DNA of 53,924 bases from Clostridia bacterium. Lineage in GTDB: Bacteria > Bacillota > Clostridia > Christensenellales > CAG-138. Below the pieces are notes generated by a model that saw only the letters and a program-made list of their open reading frames with translations, was not told the origin of the DNA and did not search any database. The stretch is taken from assembly GCA_017554455.1 (NCBI GenBank), contig JAFZIH010000142.1, positions 1 through 53,924 of the forward strand, read 5' to 3'. Below, one piece after another: positions 24,120 through 33,330 of this stretch. A program made the position numbers and the translations under genes. Positions within the stretch are counted from its first letter, which is position 1; the number at the start of each line of letters is the position of its first letter.

Positions 24120-25757
24120 ATGGCAATCAAACGAATCAACGGGATCGAACTGGAACAGATGTTGAGAAACGGGCTCGCGAACCTTCGCGCAAGCGAGGAT
24201 GAGATCAACCGCCTGAACGTCTTCCCCGTCCCCGACGGCGATACCGGCACCAATATGGTCAAAACGCTGGAGCACGGGCTCTCTCTCGCAGAGCGCAGCA
24301 GCGACGTCAGTGTATTTACGAAGTCCCTGTCCTCCGGCACGCTGCTCGGCGCAAGAGGCAACTCCGGCGTCATCCTGTCGCAGTTCTTCTACGGCTTTGC
24401 GCAGGCGCTTTCCCGCGCGGTCCTGATCGGACCGGGCGAGCTTCGCAACGCGCTGGTGCGCGGATATCGCGTCGCCTACGGCGCGGTCCGCAAGCCGGTG
24501 GAAGGCACGATGCTGACGGTCTCGCGCGAGGGGATCGAACACATCCGTTCCCAGATCACGCGAAACTCCTCGATCGACTTCATTCTCTCCGCCTACGCCG
24601 CCGAGATGCGGAAAACACTGATCCTTACGCCCGAAATGCTTCCCGTGCTCAAGGACGCCGGCGTAGTTGATTCCGGCGCAACGGGGTTTATCCTGATCTT
24701 TGAAGGCATGGTGAAGTATCTGCGCGGCGAGGTCCTTGAGGATACGGCGAAGCAAACCGAATCAAAGGGAACCGATCCGGATTTCAGCCGGTTCAATGAG
24801 GACAGTCTCTTTATCGACGGCTACTGCATGGAATTCATTCTGCAGCGCATGAGAAACCCCGCCTATGAGCAGGATTTCAGTATCGAGGCGTTTCTCGGCG
24901 CGCTCGACCGGCTCGGCAACTCCATTGTCTGCGTGCAGGACGGAAAGCGCGTGAAGGTGCACATCCACACGAAAGCGCCCGCCGTCATCATTGAGCTGGC
25001 GCAGCGGTACGGCGAGTTTCTCACCTTCAAGCTCGAGAACATGCAGATCCAGCACAACGAGCACGACCGGCTCGCAAAGCCGAAGGCGCACAAGCCGCTG
25101 TCCATCGTCGCCGTCGTCAACGGCGCGGGCATGCGCAAGCTGTTTGAGGGACTCGGCGCGGACTGTGTGATCGAGGGGAACGCGACCATGAACACCTCCT
25201 CGCAGGAATTCGTCTCCACGTTCGAATCCATCGACGCCGACGCGATCGTCGTACTGCCGAACAACAAGAACGTGATCCTTGCCGCCGAGCAGGCGGCGTC
25301 GCTCGTGCCTGACAAACACGTGACCGTACTGCCGTCCAAGAGCTTCGTCGAGGGCTACTACGCGATCGCAATGGACATCCCGGACGAAAAGAACCTCGAA
25401 AAGCGGATCGCCGGAATGCGCTCCGGCATCGACAACATCATTACCCTGCGGGAAACGACCGCCTCGCGCGATTACACGTACCACGAGATCCGCTGCCGCC
25501 GCGGCGAGGATATCGCCTTCCTGGGCGGCGAACTCGTCTGTGTCGACAGCGATTGGAGATCCGCGATCCTCGGCGCGCTCGCGATGATCGACGATATCGA
25601 AGACCGCGAGACCGGCATCGTTCTGCGCGGCAGGGATGCGTCCGCTTCCGACGAGGAGCGGCTCACGGAGGCGATCGCCGAACGGTATCCGATGCTCGAG
25701 TTGGAGTTTGTGGACGCCGGTCAGGAGATCTATCACTGGGAAATCGGGATCATGTGA
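24120..25757 (+). CDS. DAK2-domain protein (YloV/FakA-like fatty acid kinase catalytic subunit)
   Basis: N-terminus LNVFPVPDGDTGTNM (DhaL/Dak2 motif), ~545 aa, with a C-terminal DegV-like/FakA_C region. Confidence 0.85.
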   Translation: MAIKRINGIELEQMLRNGLANLRASEDEINRLNVFPVPDGDTGTNMVKTLEHGLSLAERSSDVSVFTKSLSSGTLLGARGNSGVILSQFFYGFAQALSRAVLIGPGELRNALVRGYRVAYGAVRKPVEGTMLTVSREGIEHIRSQITRNSSIDFILSAYAAEMRKTLILTPEMLPVLKDAGVVDSGATGFILIFEGMVKYLRGEVLEDTAKQTESKGTDPDFSRFNEDSLFIDGYCMEFILQRMRNPAYEQDFSIEAFLGALDRLGNSIVCVQDGKRVKVHIHTKAPAVIIELAQRYGEFLTFKLENMQIQHNEHDRLAKPKAHKPLSIVAVVNGAGMRKLFEGLGADCVIEGNATMNTSSQEFVSTFESIDADAIVVLPNNKNVILAAEQAASLVPDKHVTVLPSKSFVEGYYAIAMDIPDEKNLEKRIAGMRSGIDNIITLRETTASRDYTYHEIRCRRGEDIAFLGGELVCVDSDWRSAILGALAMIDDIEDRETGIVLRGRDASASDEERLTEAIAERYPMLELEFVDAGQEIYHWEIGIM

Positions 25758-25767
25758 GGAAAACGGT

Positions 25768-26730
25768 ATGGTTTGGTTCTGGATTCTGATCGCGCTCGGC
25801 GCGCTGCTCCTTTCTTTCATCGTGTTCACGATGATCATTGCGTGGATCATCTATTCCACGCTGCTAAGGCGCAACAAGCCCGGCAAATGGGACCGCGGCT
25901 GCAGCTTCCCAGAGGATCCCGAATACTGCAGAATGCACGACATCGGGATCGAATGGGGAAAACGGTACGCCGATCGCAAGCGCGACGTCGAGATCAAAAG
26001 CGACGGGCTCCGGCTCGTCGGCGAATACTTCGATTTCGGCGGCAGCTCCGCCGCGCTGATCATCGCGGGACGGACGGAAAGCGTGCTGTACTCCTATTAT
26101 TTCGCGGAGCCGTTCCGCCGCGCGGGACGCAACGTGCTGGTCATCGACAACCGCGCGCACGGGCTTTCCGAAGGAAAAGCGAGCTGCCTCGGATACTGCG
26201 AATACCGCGATATCCTCGAATGGTGCCGTCTGCTGCACGACGACCTCGGCAACGAACGCGTGTTTCTGCACGGGATCTGCATCGGCTCCTCCACCGCCCT
26301 GTTTGCGCTGACTGCGCCGCAGTGCCCGGACTATATCGAAGGCATGTCGTGCGAGGGGATGTACTATTCCTTCTACCGTTCCTTCGACAACCACATGAAG
26401 ATCGACCGTCCCGAAAAGAAGCGCTTCCCCGTACAGCAGGAGGTCATGCTCTGGATCCGGCTCTGTTCACACGCAAACGTCGTGACCGACGGGCCCTTCA
26501 AGCGCATCGGAAAGCTCAATAAGCCCATTCTGTTCCTGCACAGCCGCGAGGATCCCTATTCAACGCCGGACCAGGCGGAATACCTCTATGCGCACTGCAC
26601 CGCGCCGATGAAAAAGCTCGCGTGGTTCGAACACGGCGCGCACTCGCGCATCCGCATCAACGACACCGAAAAGTACGACGACACCATTGTGGACTATCTC
26701 AAGGCGCTCGACGAACAGGCCGCGCACTGA
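25768..26730 (+). CDS. Membrane-anchored alpha/beta hydrolase (paralogue 2) with Cys at the nucleophile position
   Basis: N-terminal TM helix. The elbow reads HGICIGSS (G-x-C-x-G, codon TGC). Downstream SREDPY (Asp) and EHGAHS (His). GAGGA SD upstream of ATG 25768. Confidence 0.8.
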   Translation: MVWFWILIALGALLLSFIVFTMIIAWIIYSTLLRRNKPGKWDRGCSFPEDPEYCRMHDIGIEWGKRYADRKRDVEIKSDGLRLVGEYFDFGGSSAALIIAGRTESVLYSYYFAEPFRRAGRNVLVIDNRAHGLSEGKASCLGYCEYRDILEWCRLLHDDLGNERVFLHGICIGSSTALFALTAPQCPDYIEGMSCEGMYYSFYRSFDNHMKIDRPEKKRFPVQQEVMLWIRLCSHANVVTDGPFKRIGKLNKPILFLHSREDPYSTPDQAEYLYAHCTAPMKKLAWFEHGAHSRIRINDTEKYDDTIVDYLKALDEQAAH

Positions 26731-26767
26731 CCCCGGCGCCGCGTTTATAAACAAATTATGTCAATTG

Positions 26768-26796
26768 TTGATTTTTGACGAAGTGCGCGGTATAAT
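26768..26796 (+). promoter_or_regulatory. Putative sigma-A promoter
   Basis: TTGATT, 17 nt, TATAAT, 30 nt upstream of ATG 26827 (SD GAAGGAGGG). Confidence 0.45.
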
Positions 26797-26826
26797 GTAT
26801 CGAACCCAAAGAAGGAGGGTAATACA

Positions 26827-27108
26827 ATGGAATATAACAATCAAAACAATCTGCAGCAGCCGAATACGCTCGTATTTGGTATTTTGAGCTTGGTCCTCGG
26901 TCCGGTCCTCGCCATCATCTTCGGCGCGATCGGCAAGAAAAAGGGCAAGGAATTTGTTGAGCAGGGCGGTCAGCTCGTCGGCGCATCCAAGGTCGGCGTC
27001 ATTCTCAGCAAGATCGGCTTTATCCTCGGCATCATCGGCACGATCTTCCTGGTGATCTACATCATCCTGGTCGCAGTCGGCGCAGCAAACGGCGCATTCA
27101 ACTTTTGA
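26827..27108 (+). CDS. Small two-TM membrane protein (DUF4190-like)
   Basis: Strong SD. 93 aa. Two hydrophobic helices separated by GKKKGKEFVEQGG. Confidence 0.7.
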   Translation: MEYNNQNNLQQPNTLVFGILSLVLGPVLAIIFGAIGKKKGKEFVEQGGQLVGASKVGVILSKIGFILGIIGTIFLVIYIILVAVGAANGAFNF

Positions 27109-27136
27109 TCATCCGAGGATCGGGGTATGATCCATG

Positions 27137-27170
27137 CGTGACGTCGATTTCCGGCGTCACGTTTTTCTTT
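27137..27170 (+). terminator. Rho-independent terminator
   Basis: CGTGACG...CGTCACG stem followed by TTTTTCTTTT. Confidence 0.6.
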
Positions 27171-27183
27171 TGAAAGGAAGCTT

Positions 27184-28194
27184 ATGAAATCCGCCGCACG
27201 AAAACCGCATCCGATCAAGCGAGCGCTCTGCATCCTTCTCGCTGCGCTCATCTTGTACTGCGCGCTTTCGATGCTTGCGACCGCAGTCGTGTTCCGTGTG
27301 ATCTTTGCGCGAAGGAACGGACTGTCGCCGCTGCGCTATACGTACGCGGAGCTTCAGCCGGACTGCGAACGGACGCGCTTTACCTTCCCCTCCGGCCGCA
27401 ATACCCTGTCCGGTTGGCGGTACGACGCCGACGACCCGAAGGGGCTCATCGTGATCGTCAACGGCATCGGCGACGGCGCGGACGCGCACCTACCTGAGAT
27501 CGTCGCGTTCGTTCATGCCGGATGGTCCGCTGCAACGTGGGACGCGACCGGCGTGGGCGACAGCGAAGGCCGCGGCGTCATCGGACTTCAACAGATCCGG
27601 GAGGATCTTGCCGCTTTCCTCGATTATCGGACGCAGTCGGACGTATGGGACGGGCTTCCCGTCGTGCTCTACGGGCACAGCGCAGGCGCGTATGCCGCCA
27701 CGACGGAGCTTTCCGCGCATCCGGAGGTCAGGGCCGCCGTCTGCATTTCCGGGTTTGACCGCCCCGCTGCGCTGATGCACGCGCACGCAAAAACGCGCGT
27801 CGGCATTCTTGCCGATCTCGAATATCCGTTTCTGTACCTCGAATGTGCGTTTTTGTTCGGTAAAAACGCGGACGATTCCGCGCGCGCCGCGATCGACGCG
27901 GTCACAACGCCGGTGCTGATCGTGGGCGGAGATTCGGACGACCTCGTGCCGTACGACAACAGCCAGATCCGCGATCCGGAATCGTATGCGAATCCGAACG
28001 TCCGCTGTGTCGAGATCACCTCGGCCTATCGCAACGAGCACTCGACCCCGTGGCTTTCCGTCGGCGCCGCGCGCTACCGCGCCGAGCTTTCCGACACGGA
28101 CCCCATCGACAAAGCGCTTGCGAACGAGCTCGATCCCACATTTATGGAAACCGTGCTGCAATTCTTTGAAGACGCGCTCCGCCCGTCCGAGTGA
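27184..28194 (+). CDS. Membrane-anchored alpha/beta hydrolase (paralogue 3)
   Basis: N-terminal TM helix, nucleophile elbow GHSAG, GGDSDDLVP (Asp) and NEHSTP (His). Confidence 0.8.
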   Translation: MKSAARKPHPIKRALCILLAALILYCALSMLATAVVFRVIFARRNGLSPLRYTYAELQPDCERTRFTFPSGRNTLSGWRYDADDPKGLIVIVNGIGDGADAHLPEIVAFVHAGWSAATWDATGVGDSEGRGVIGLQQIREDLAAFLDYRTQSDVWDGLPVVLYGHSAGAYAATTELSAHPEVRAAVCISGFDRPAALMHAHAKTRVGILADLEYPFLYLECAFLFGKNADDSARAAIDAVTTPVLIVGGDSDDLVPYDNSQIRDPESYANPNVRCVEITSAYRNEHSTPWLSVGAARYRAELSDTDPIDKALANELDPTFMETVLQFFEDALRPSE

Positions 28195-28231
28195 TCCGCA
28201 GGCGTTCGGTTCTCTTTCTTTTGATACAGGA

Positions 28232-28257
28232 AACAGCCGCCGATTTCGGCGGCTGTT
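28232..28257. terminator. GC-rich hairpin downstream of hydrolase 3 (possible terminator)
   Basis: AACAGCCGCCG-ATTT-CGGCGGCTGTT. There is no clean T-run on the plus strand. Confidence 0.4.
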
Positions 28258-28546
28258 GCGGTTGCAGTCGCGCGGCTTCCGTCGGGACGGGTCCAAGCGA
28301 GACCTCCGCCGCCTCCGTCTCTTTTGTCGGCGTAGGTGTTATAGGCACGGACTGCGCTGTCTGCGGCTGCACACAGCCAATCAGCAAGGTACCCTTTTCA
28401 TCCTCCGGTAAACAACATCCATACAACAGTAAGGACGCCTCAAATTCGAAGCGTCCTCTGTATTGAATATTTGTTTCCTATTGCAGCGCTTTACAGCCCT
28501 CATCGAACCGGGCGCTGACATGCCCGATCCGATGGGGAATAACATC

Positions 28547-28578
28547 ACCAAAAACAAAAGCACCCGCTTCGGGGTGCT
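28547..28578 (-). terminator. Rho-independent terminator ending the pyrG...guaA operon
   Basis: The minus strand reads AGCACCC-CGAAGC-GGGTGCT followed by TTTGTTTTT, about 90 nt after the guaA stop. Confidence 0.7.
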
Positions 28579-28665
28579 GGTATTCTCTCAGCGCTTCTCA
28601 CCGCGGGCTCGGTCACGGTTCGGCTCTGAAGCGTGAATGATGTATGCCCTTGCCGACTCTCTTAA

Positions 28666-30213
28666 TTATTCGAGTTCGATCGTCGCGGGGGGCTTGCTGG
28701 TGATGTCGTAGAGCACGCGGTTCACGCCGGGAACCTCGTTGACGATGCGGTTCATGCAGGTCTCTAAGAGTTCATAGGGCAGGCGGGCCGCTGTCGCCGT
28801 CATGAAATCGGAGGTCAGCACGGCACGCAGAACGATCGCGCAGTCATAGGTGCGGTGATCGCCCATGACGCCCACGGAACGCATATCGGAAAGCGCGGCA
28901 AAGAACTGCCCCTTGCCGGTGTCGATCCCGAAACGCACAAGCTCCTCCTGAAAGATCGCGTCCGCTTCCTGCACGATACGCACCTTTTCGGGCGTGATCG
29001 CGCCCATGATGCGAACGCCGAGACCCGGACCCGGGAACGGCTGCCGGTACACCAGCGCGCGCGGGAGCCCGAGCTCCGTTCCGAGCGCGCGCACCTCGTC
29101 CTTGAACAGTGTCCGCAGCGGTTCCACGATCCCGGAAAATCCGACGTTTGCGGGCAGACCGCCCACGTTGTGATGCGACTTGATGGTGGCGCCGCCGCTG
29201 CCCGCGCCGCTTTCCACCACGTCCGGGTAGATGGTCCCCTGCGCCAGATAATCCACCGCGCCGAGACCGCGCGCCGTTTCTTCAAACACGCGGATGAACT
29301 GCTCGCCGATGATCCGCCGTTTCCGTTCGGGATCGGCGACGTCCTTCAAGGCGGCATAGAACCGGTCCTTTGCGTCGACGTGCACGTAATTGAGATCGAA
29401 CCCGCCTTCCGGACCGAAGATCGCTTTCACTTGTTCGCCTTCGTTCTTGCGCATCAACCCGTGATCCACGAACACGCAGACGAGCTGCTTGCCGATCGCT
29501 TTCGACAGCAGCGCCGCCGTGACCGAGGAATCCACGCCGCCGGACAGTGCCAGAAGCACGCGTCCGCTTCCGACCCGTTCTTGGATCGCGGGGATCTGCT
29601 CCTCGATGAAGGACGACATGCGCCAGTCGCCGCGGCAGCCGCAGACGTCCCGGACGAAATGCCGCAGCATCTCCGTCCCCTCGGGCGTATGCTCCACCTC
29701 GGGATGAAACTGCACGGCGTAGAGCCGCCTTGCAGCGTCTTCCATGGCGGCGACGGGGCAATTTTCGGAGTGCGCGGTGACCCGGAACCCGTCCGGGACG
29801 GTTGTGATCCGGTCGGTGTGGCTCATCCAGCAGACTGTGCGCGCGGGAACGTCCTTGAAAAGCGGAGAATCCGGCGCGTCGATAAATAGCTCCGTCCGAC
29901 CGTATTCGGAAACGCCCGCAGGCCGCACCGCGCCGCCCAACAGATGCGCCATAAGCTGCGAGCCGTAGCAGATGCCGAGGATCGGGATCCCGAGCGAGAA
30001 CAGCGCGGCGTCATAGGTCGGCGACGCCGGATCGTAGACGCTGTTGGGTCCGCCGGTCAGGATGAACCCCTTCGGGTTCATGCTTATGAGCTTTTCCAGC
30101 GGCGTCGTGTACGGCAGGATCTCGCAGTACACCTGACATTCCCGCACGCGGCGGGCGATCAGCTGTTTGTACTGCCCGCCGAAATCAAGGATCAGTATGG
30201 TATCCCGTTCCAT
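28666..30213 (-). CDS. guaA: GMP synthase (glutamine-hydrolysing)
   Basis: GATase-1 N-terminus ([13 protein letters not shown]), ATP-PPase SGGVDSS, conserved C-terminus ...KPPATIELE. Confidence 0.95.
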   Translation of the reverse strand: MERDTILILDFGGQYKQLIARRVRECQVYCEILPYTTPLEKLISMNPKGFILTGGPNSVYDPASPTYDAALFSLGIPILGICYGSQLMAHLLGGAVRPAGVSEYGRTELFIDAPDSPLFKDVPARTVCWMSHTDRITTVPDGFRVTAHSENCPVAAMEDAARRLYAVQFHPEVEHTPEGTEMLRHFVRDVCGCRGDWRMSSFIEEQIPAIQERVGSGRVLLALSGGVDSSVTAALLSKAIGKQLVCVFVDHGLMRKNEGEQVKAIFGPEGGFDLNYVHVDAKDRFYAALKDVADPERKRRIIGEQFIRVFEETARGLGAVDYLAQGTIYPDVVESGAGSGGATIKSHHNVGGLPANVGFSGIVEPLRTLFKDEVRALGTELGLPRALVYRQPFPGPGLGVRIMGAITPEKVRIVQEADAIFQEELVRFGIDTGKGQFFAALSDMRSVGVMGDHRTYDCAIVLRAVLTSDFMTATAARLPYELLETCMNRIVNEVPGVNRVLYDITSKPPATIELE

Positions 30214-30225
30214 CGTTCCTCCTGT

Positions 30226-32094
30226 TTATTCCACGGTAACGCTCTTTGCGAGGTTTCTGGGTTTGTCAACGTCGAGTCCCTTTGCGACGCTCGTGTAGTA
30301 GGCCAATAGCTGCAGAGGAATGATCGCGATGCTGCCGATAAAATGCGGGTCGGCTTTCGGCACATAGACCGTGAAGTTCACCGTCTCCTCGACGTTGTAG
30401 TTGCCGTAACCGGTCAGCCCCATGAGATACGCGCCGCGCGCCTTGCACTCCGCCATGTTGCTGACGGTCTTTTCGATGCGGTCCTGCTGCGTCAGCACGC
30501 CGATGACGAGCGTGCCGTTTTCGACAAGCGAGATTGTGCCGTGCTTCAATTCCCCCGCGGCGTACGCTTCGCTGTGGATGTAGGAGATCTCCTTCATCTT
30601 CAGGCTGCCCTCGAGACAGATCGCGTAATCGAGCCCGCGTCCGATGAAAAAGATGTCCCGCGCGTTTGCGTGCTTCGAAGCAAACCACTGGATGCGCTCC
30701 TTGTTTTCGAGCGCGCGCGCCATCTTGTCCGGCAGGGCGGTAAGCTCCTCGATCAGCGCGTCATACCGTTCCGCGTCAAGCTTTCCGCGCACGTCTGAGA
30801 GAGCGATCGCAAGCGCGTACATGGCCGCAAGCTGCGCGCTGTACGCCTTGGTCGTGGCGACCGCGATCTCCGGTCCGGCAAGCGTGTACAGCACGCGATC
30901 CGCTTCGCGCGCGATGGTCGAGCCGACGACGTTGACGATCGCGAGCGTCGGCACGCCCTTTGCCTTTGCCGCGCGCAGCGCCGCAAGAGAATCCGCGGTC
31001 TCGCCCGACTGCGAAACGACGATCACCAGCGCGTGTTCACTCAGCAGCAGCTTCCGGTAGCGGAACTCCGACGCGAGCTCCACGCGCACGGGGATCTCGG
31101 CAAGATCCTCGAGCACGTACTGCGCGAGCATTCCGACGTGCCACGCCGAGCCGCACGCGACGATGTGGATCTGATCGATCGCGCTTAAGAAATCCCGGTC
31201 GAGACCCGCTGCCGAAAGGTCGATCCGTCCGTTTTTGACGATGCTCGAAAGTGTGTCTTTGACCGCCCGCGGCTGCTCGTGGATCTCCTTGATCATGAAA
31301 TGCTCGTAGCCGCCCTTTTCCGCGGCTTCGGCGTTCCACGTGATGCGTGTAAGCGGCAATTCGATCTCGTCGCCGTTCAGGTCGAAGAAATGCGCTTCGC
31401 CCGGAAGCAGCCGTGCCGACTGCAGATTGTCGATATAGTAGACGTCGCGGGTGTGCTTTAAGATCGCGGGGACGTCGGACGCAAGGAAGCTCTCGCCGTC
31501 GGCGACGCCGATGATCAGCGGGCTGTCCTTTCTCGCGCAGTAGAGTTCGCCGGGGTAATCCTTGAACATCAGCGCAAGCGCGTAGCTGCCGCGCACGCGG
31601 ACCATCATACGGTTGATCGCGTCGATCGGGCCGATCTTGTATTTCTTGTAGTAATAATCAACCAGCTTGATGACGACCTCGGTGTCCGTGCCGCTGTAGA
31701 AGCGGTAGCCGTTGTTCAGAAGCTTCTGCTTGAGCTCCTCGAAATTCTCGATGATCCCGTTGTGTACGCCGACGACGTCCGATTCCACGGGACCGGACGC
31801 GGAACCCGTCGCGTTGCCGGAAACGTGCGGATGCGCGTTCGCGCGGCTCGGTTCGCCGTGCGTCGCCCAGCGCGTATGCCCGATGCCGCAAAAGCCGGGC
31901 ATCGTTCGCCCTTCGTCCGTCATTTCGATCAGGTTCTTGAGCTTGCCGGTCGCCTTCACGACCTCCGCAAGCGCGTCGCCGCTGCGCACCGCAAGCCCCG
32001 CGGAGTCATAGCCGCGGTATTCGAGTTTCTTGAGCCCTTCGAGAAGGATCGGCGCAGCCGGTCGGCTGCCGGTATATCCGACGATTCCGCACAT
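30226..32094 (-). CDS. glmS: Glutamine--fructose-6-phosphate aminotransferase
   Basis: Starts MCGIVGY (Ntn Cys). AAGGAG SD upstream of the ATG at 32092-32094. Two SIS domains. C-terminus ...LAKSVTVE. Confidence 0.95.
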   Translation of the reverse strand: MCGIVGYTGSRPAAPILLEGLKKLEYRGYDSAGLAVRSGDALAEVVKATGKLKNLIEMTDEGRTMPGFCGIGHTRWATHGEPSRANAHPHVSGNATGSASGPVESDVVGVHNGIIENFEELKQKLLNNGYRFYSGTDTEVVIKLVDYYYKKYKIGPIDAINRMMVRVRGSYALALMFKDYPGELYCARKDSPLIIGVADGESFLASDVPAILKHTRDVYYIDNLQSARLLPGEAHFFDLNGDEIELPLTRITWNAEAAEKGGYEHFMIKEIHEQPRAVKDTLSSIVKNGRIDLSAAGLDRDFLSAIDQIHIVACGSAWHVGMLAQYVLEDLAEIPVRVELASEFRYRKLLLSEHALVIVVSQSGETADSLAALRAAKAKGVPTLAIVNVVGSTIAREADRVLYTLAGPEIAVATTKAYSAQLAAMYALAIALSDVRGKLDAERYDALIEELTALPDKMARALENKERIQWFASKHANARDIFFIGRGLDYAICLEGSLKMKEISYIHSEAYAAGELKHGTISLVENGTLVIGVLTQQDRIEKTVSNMAECKARGAYLMGLTGYGNYNVEETVNFTVYVPKADPHFIGSIAIIPLQLLAYYTSVAKGLDVDKPRNLAKSVTVE

Positions 32095-32148
32095 ATCGTA
32101 AACTCCTTTTTGTTCTGTCTGCATTATACACGGTTTTGCCCGGAAAAT

Positions 32149-33330
32149 CTACAGGATCTGTATCAAACGCCGCGCAGCTTCTTCGGTATCCGCACGGCTT
32201 CCGAAGCATGACAGCCGCACGTACCCTTCGCCGCCGTTGCCGAAGCCCTCTCCCGGCGTGACAACGATCTGCGCCGTTTTCAGAAGATGATCAAAGAACG
32301 CCCAGCCCGTCATGCCGTCCGGGCAGCGAAGCCACAGATACGGCGCGTTGCGCCCGCCGGTAAAGAACTGTTCGGTCTTTCTGAGCGCGTCGGAAAGGAT
32401 CCGCCCGTTTTCCTGATAAAAACCGATCGCCTGCCGGCTCTGCACAACGCCTTCTGCCGACAGCGCCGCTTCCCCCGCTCTCTGCAGGATATAGCTGACG
32501 CCGTTGGTACGCGTTGTCCGGTCCTGCGTCCACATATCCCTGAGGGACATGCCTTCCCGCACAAGCGCGCCCGGCACGACCGTGTAGCCGAGCCGCGTGC
32601 CGGTAAACCCCGTCGTTTTGGACAGGGAACTGATCTCGATCGCGCAGCTCTTTGCGCCCGGCAGCTCATAGATGCTTTTCGGCACGTCCTCGTCCTGCAC
32701 GAACGCTTCGTATGCGGCGTCAAAGACGATGACCGCCCGCCGGTCGTTCGCCCAGTCCACCCACTTCTTAAGCTGCACTTTGGTGTACGCCGTTCCCGTC
32801 GGATTGTTCGGCGAGCATAAAAAGACGAGATCCGCGTCCGTTTCGTCCGTCGGCAGCGGCAGAAAACCGTTTTCCGCATTTCCGGTCAGGGAGACGATCC
32901 TTCTGCCCGCCATCCGGTTGGTATCCACATAGGCGGGATAGGCGGGCTCCGTCACCAAAACCGTCGCGTCGCGGGAAAAGAGATTCCCGATCGCACCGAG
33001 ATCATCGGCCGCGCCGGACGAGATAAAGACGTCCTCCTTTTTAAGGATCACGTTCCGCCGCGCGTAATAATCCGCGACGGCCGCTTTCATGAAATCGGTC
33101 CCGACTTCGGGGAGATACCCGTGAAACGTCGCCGCCCGCGCCTGTTCTTCGACCGCCGCGTGCATCGCTTCGATGACCGCGGGCGCCAAGGGTCCCGTTA
33201 CGTCGCCGACGCCGAGCCGGAGAAGATGACGGTCGGGATTTGCCGCCGCATAGTTTGCGACGGTTTCGCCGATCCGGGTAAAGAAGAATGCCGGCGGCAG
33301 CTGCCCGTAGGCCGTATTGATCTTCGTCAC
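32149..33330 (-). CDS. dapL: LL-diaminopimelate aminotransferase (DapL-type class I aminotransferase)
   Basis: ~393 aa PLP aminotransferase. The N-terminal N..Y..L...YLF-like region and the adjacent dapF support DapL. Assignment is by family resemblance and context. Confidence 0.7.
   Translation of the reverse strand: MTKINTAYGQLPPAFFFTRIGETVANYAAANPDRHLLRLGVGDVTGPLAPAVIEAMHAAVEEQARAATFHGYLPEVGTDFMKAAVADYYARRNVILKKEDVFISSGAADDLGAIGNLFSRDATVLVTEPAYPAYVDTNRMAGRRIVSLTGNAENGFLPLPTDETDADLVFLCSPNNPTGTAYTKVQLKKWVDWANDRRAVIVFDAAYEAFVQDEDVPKSIYELPGAKSCAIEISSLSKTTGFTGTRLGYTVVPGALVREGMSLRDMWTQDRTTRTNGVSYILQRAGEAALSAEGVVQSRQAIGFYQENGRILSDALRKTEQFFTGGRNAPYLWLRCPDGMTGWAFFDHLLKTAQIVVTPGEGFGNGGEGYVRLSCFGSRADTEEAARRLIQIL

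Noticed and set aside
28142-28426. 94-aa minus-strand ORF (TTG start) with an LLIGC lipobox-like motif and a PT-rich stretch.
   Set aside because: It has no ATG or SD, runs through a strong hairpin, and overlaps the 3' end of the convergent hydrolase gene. At best it is a decayed gene fragment, as noted in the findings for that gap.
32095-32148. Looked for a glmS ribozyme upstream of glmS, and for a purine/guanine riboswitch upstream of guaA (30214-30225).
   Set aside because: The gaps are only 54 nt and 12 nt, too short for either RNA (about 170 nt and about 70 nt plus an expression platform).
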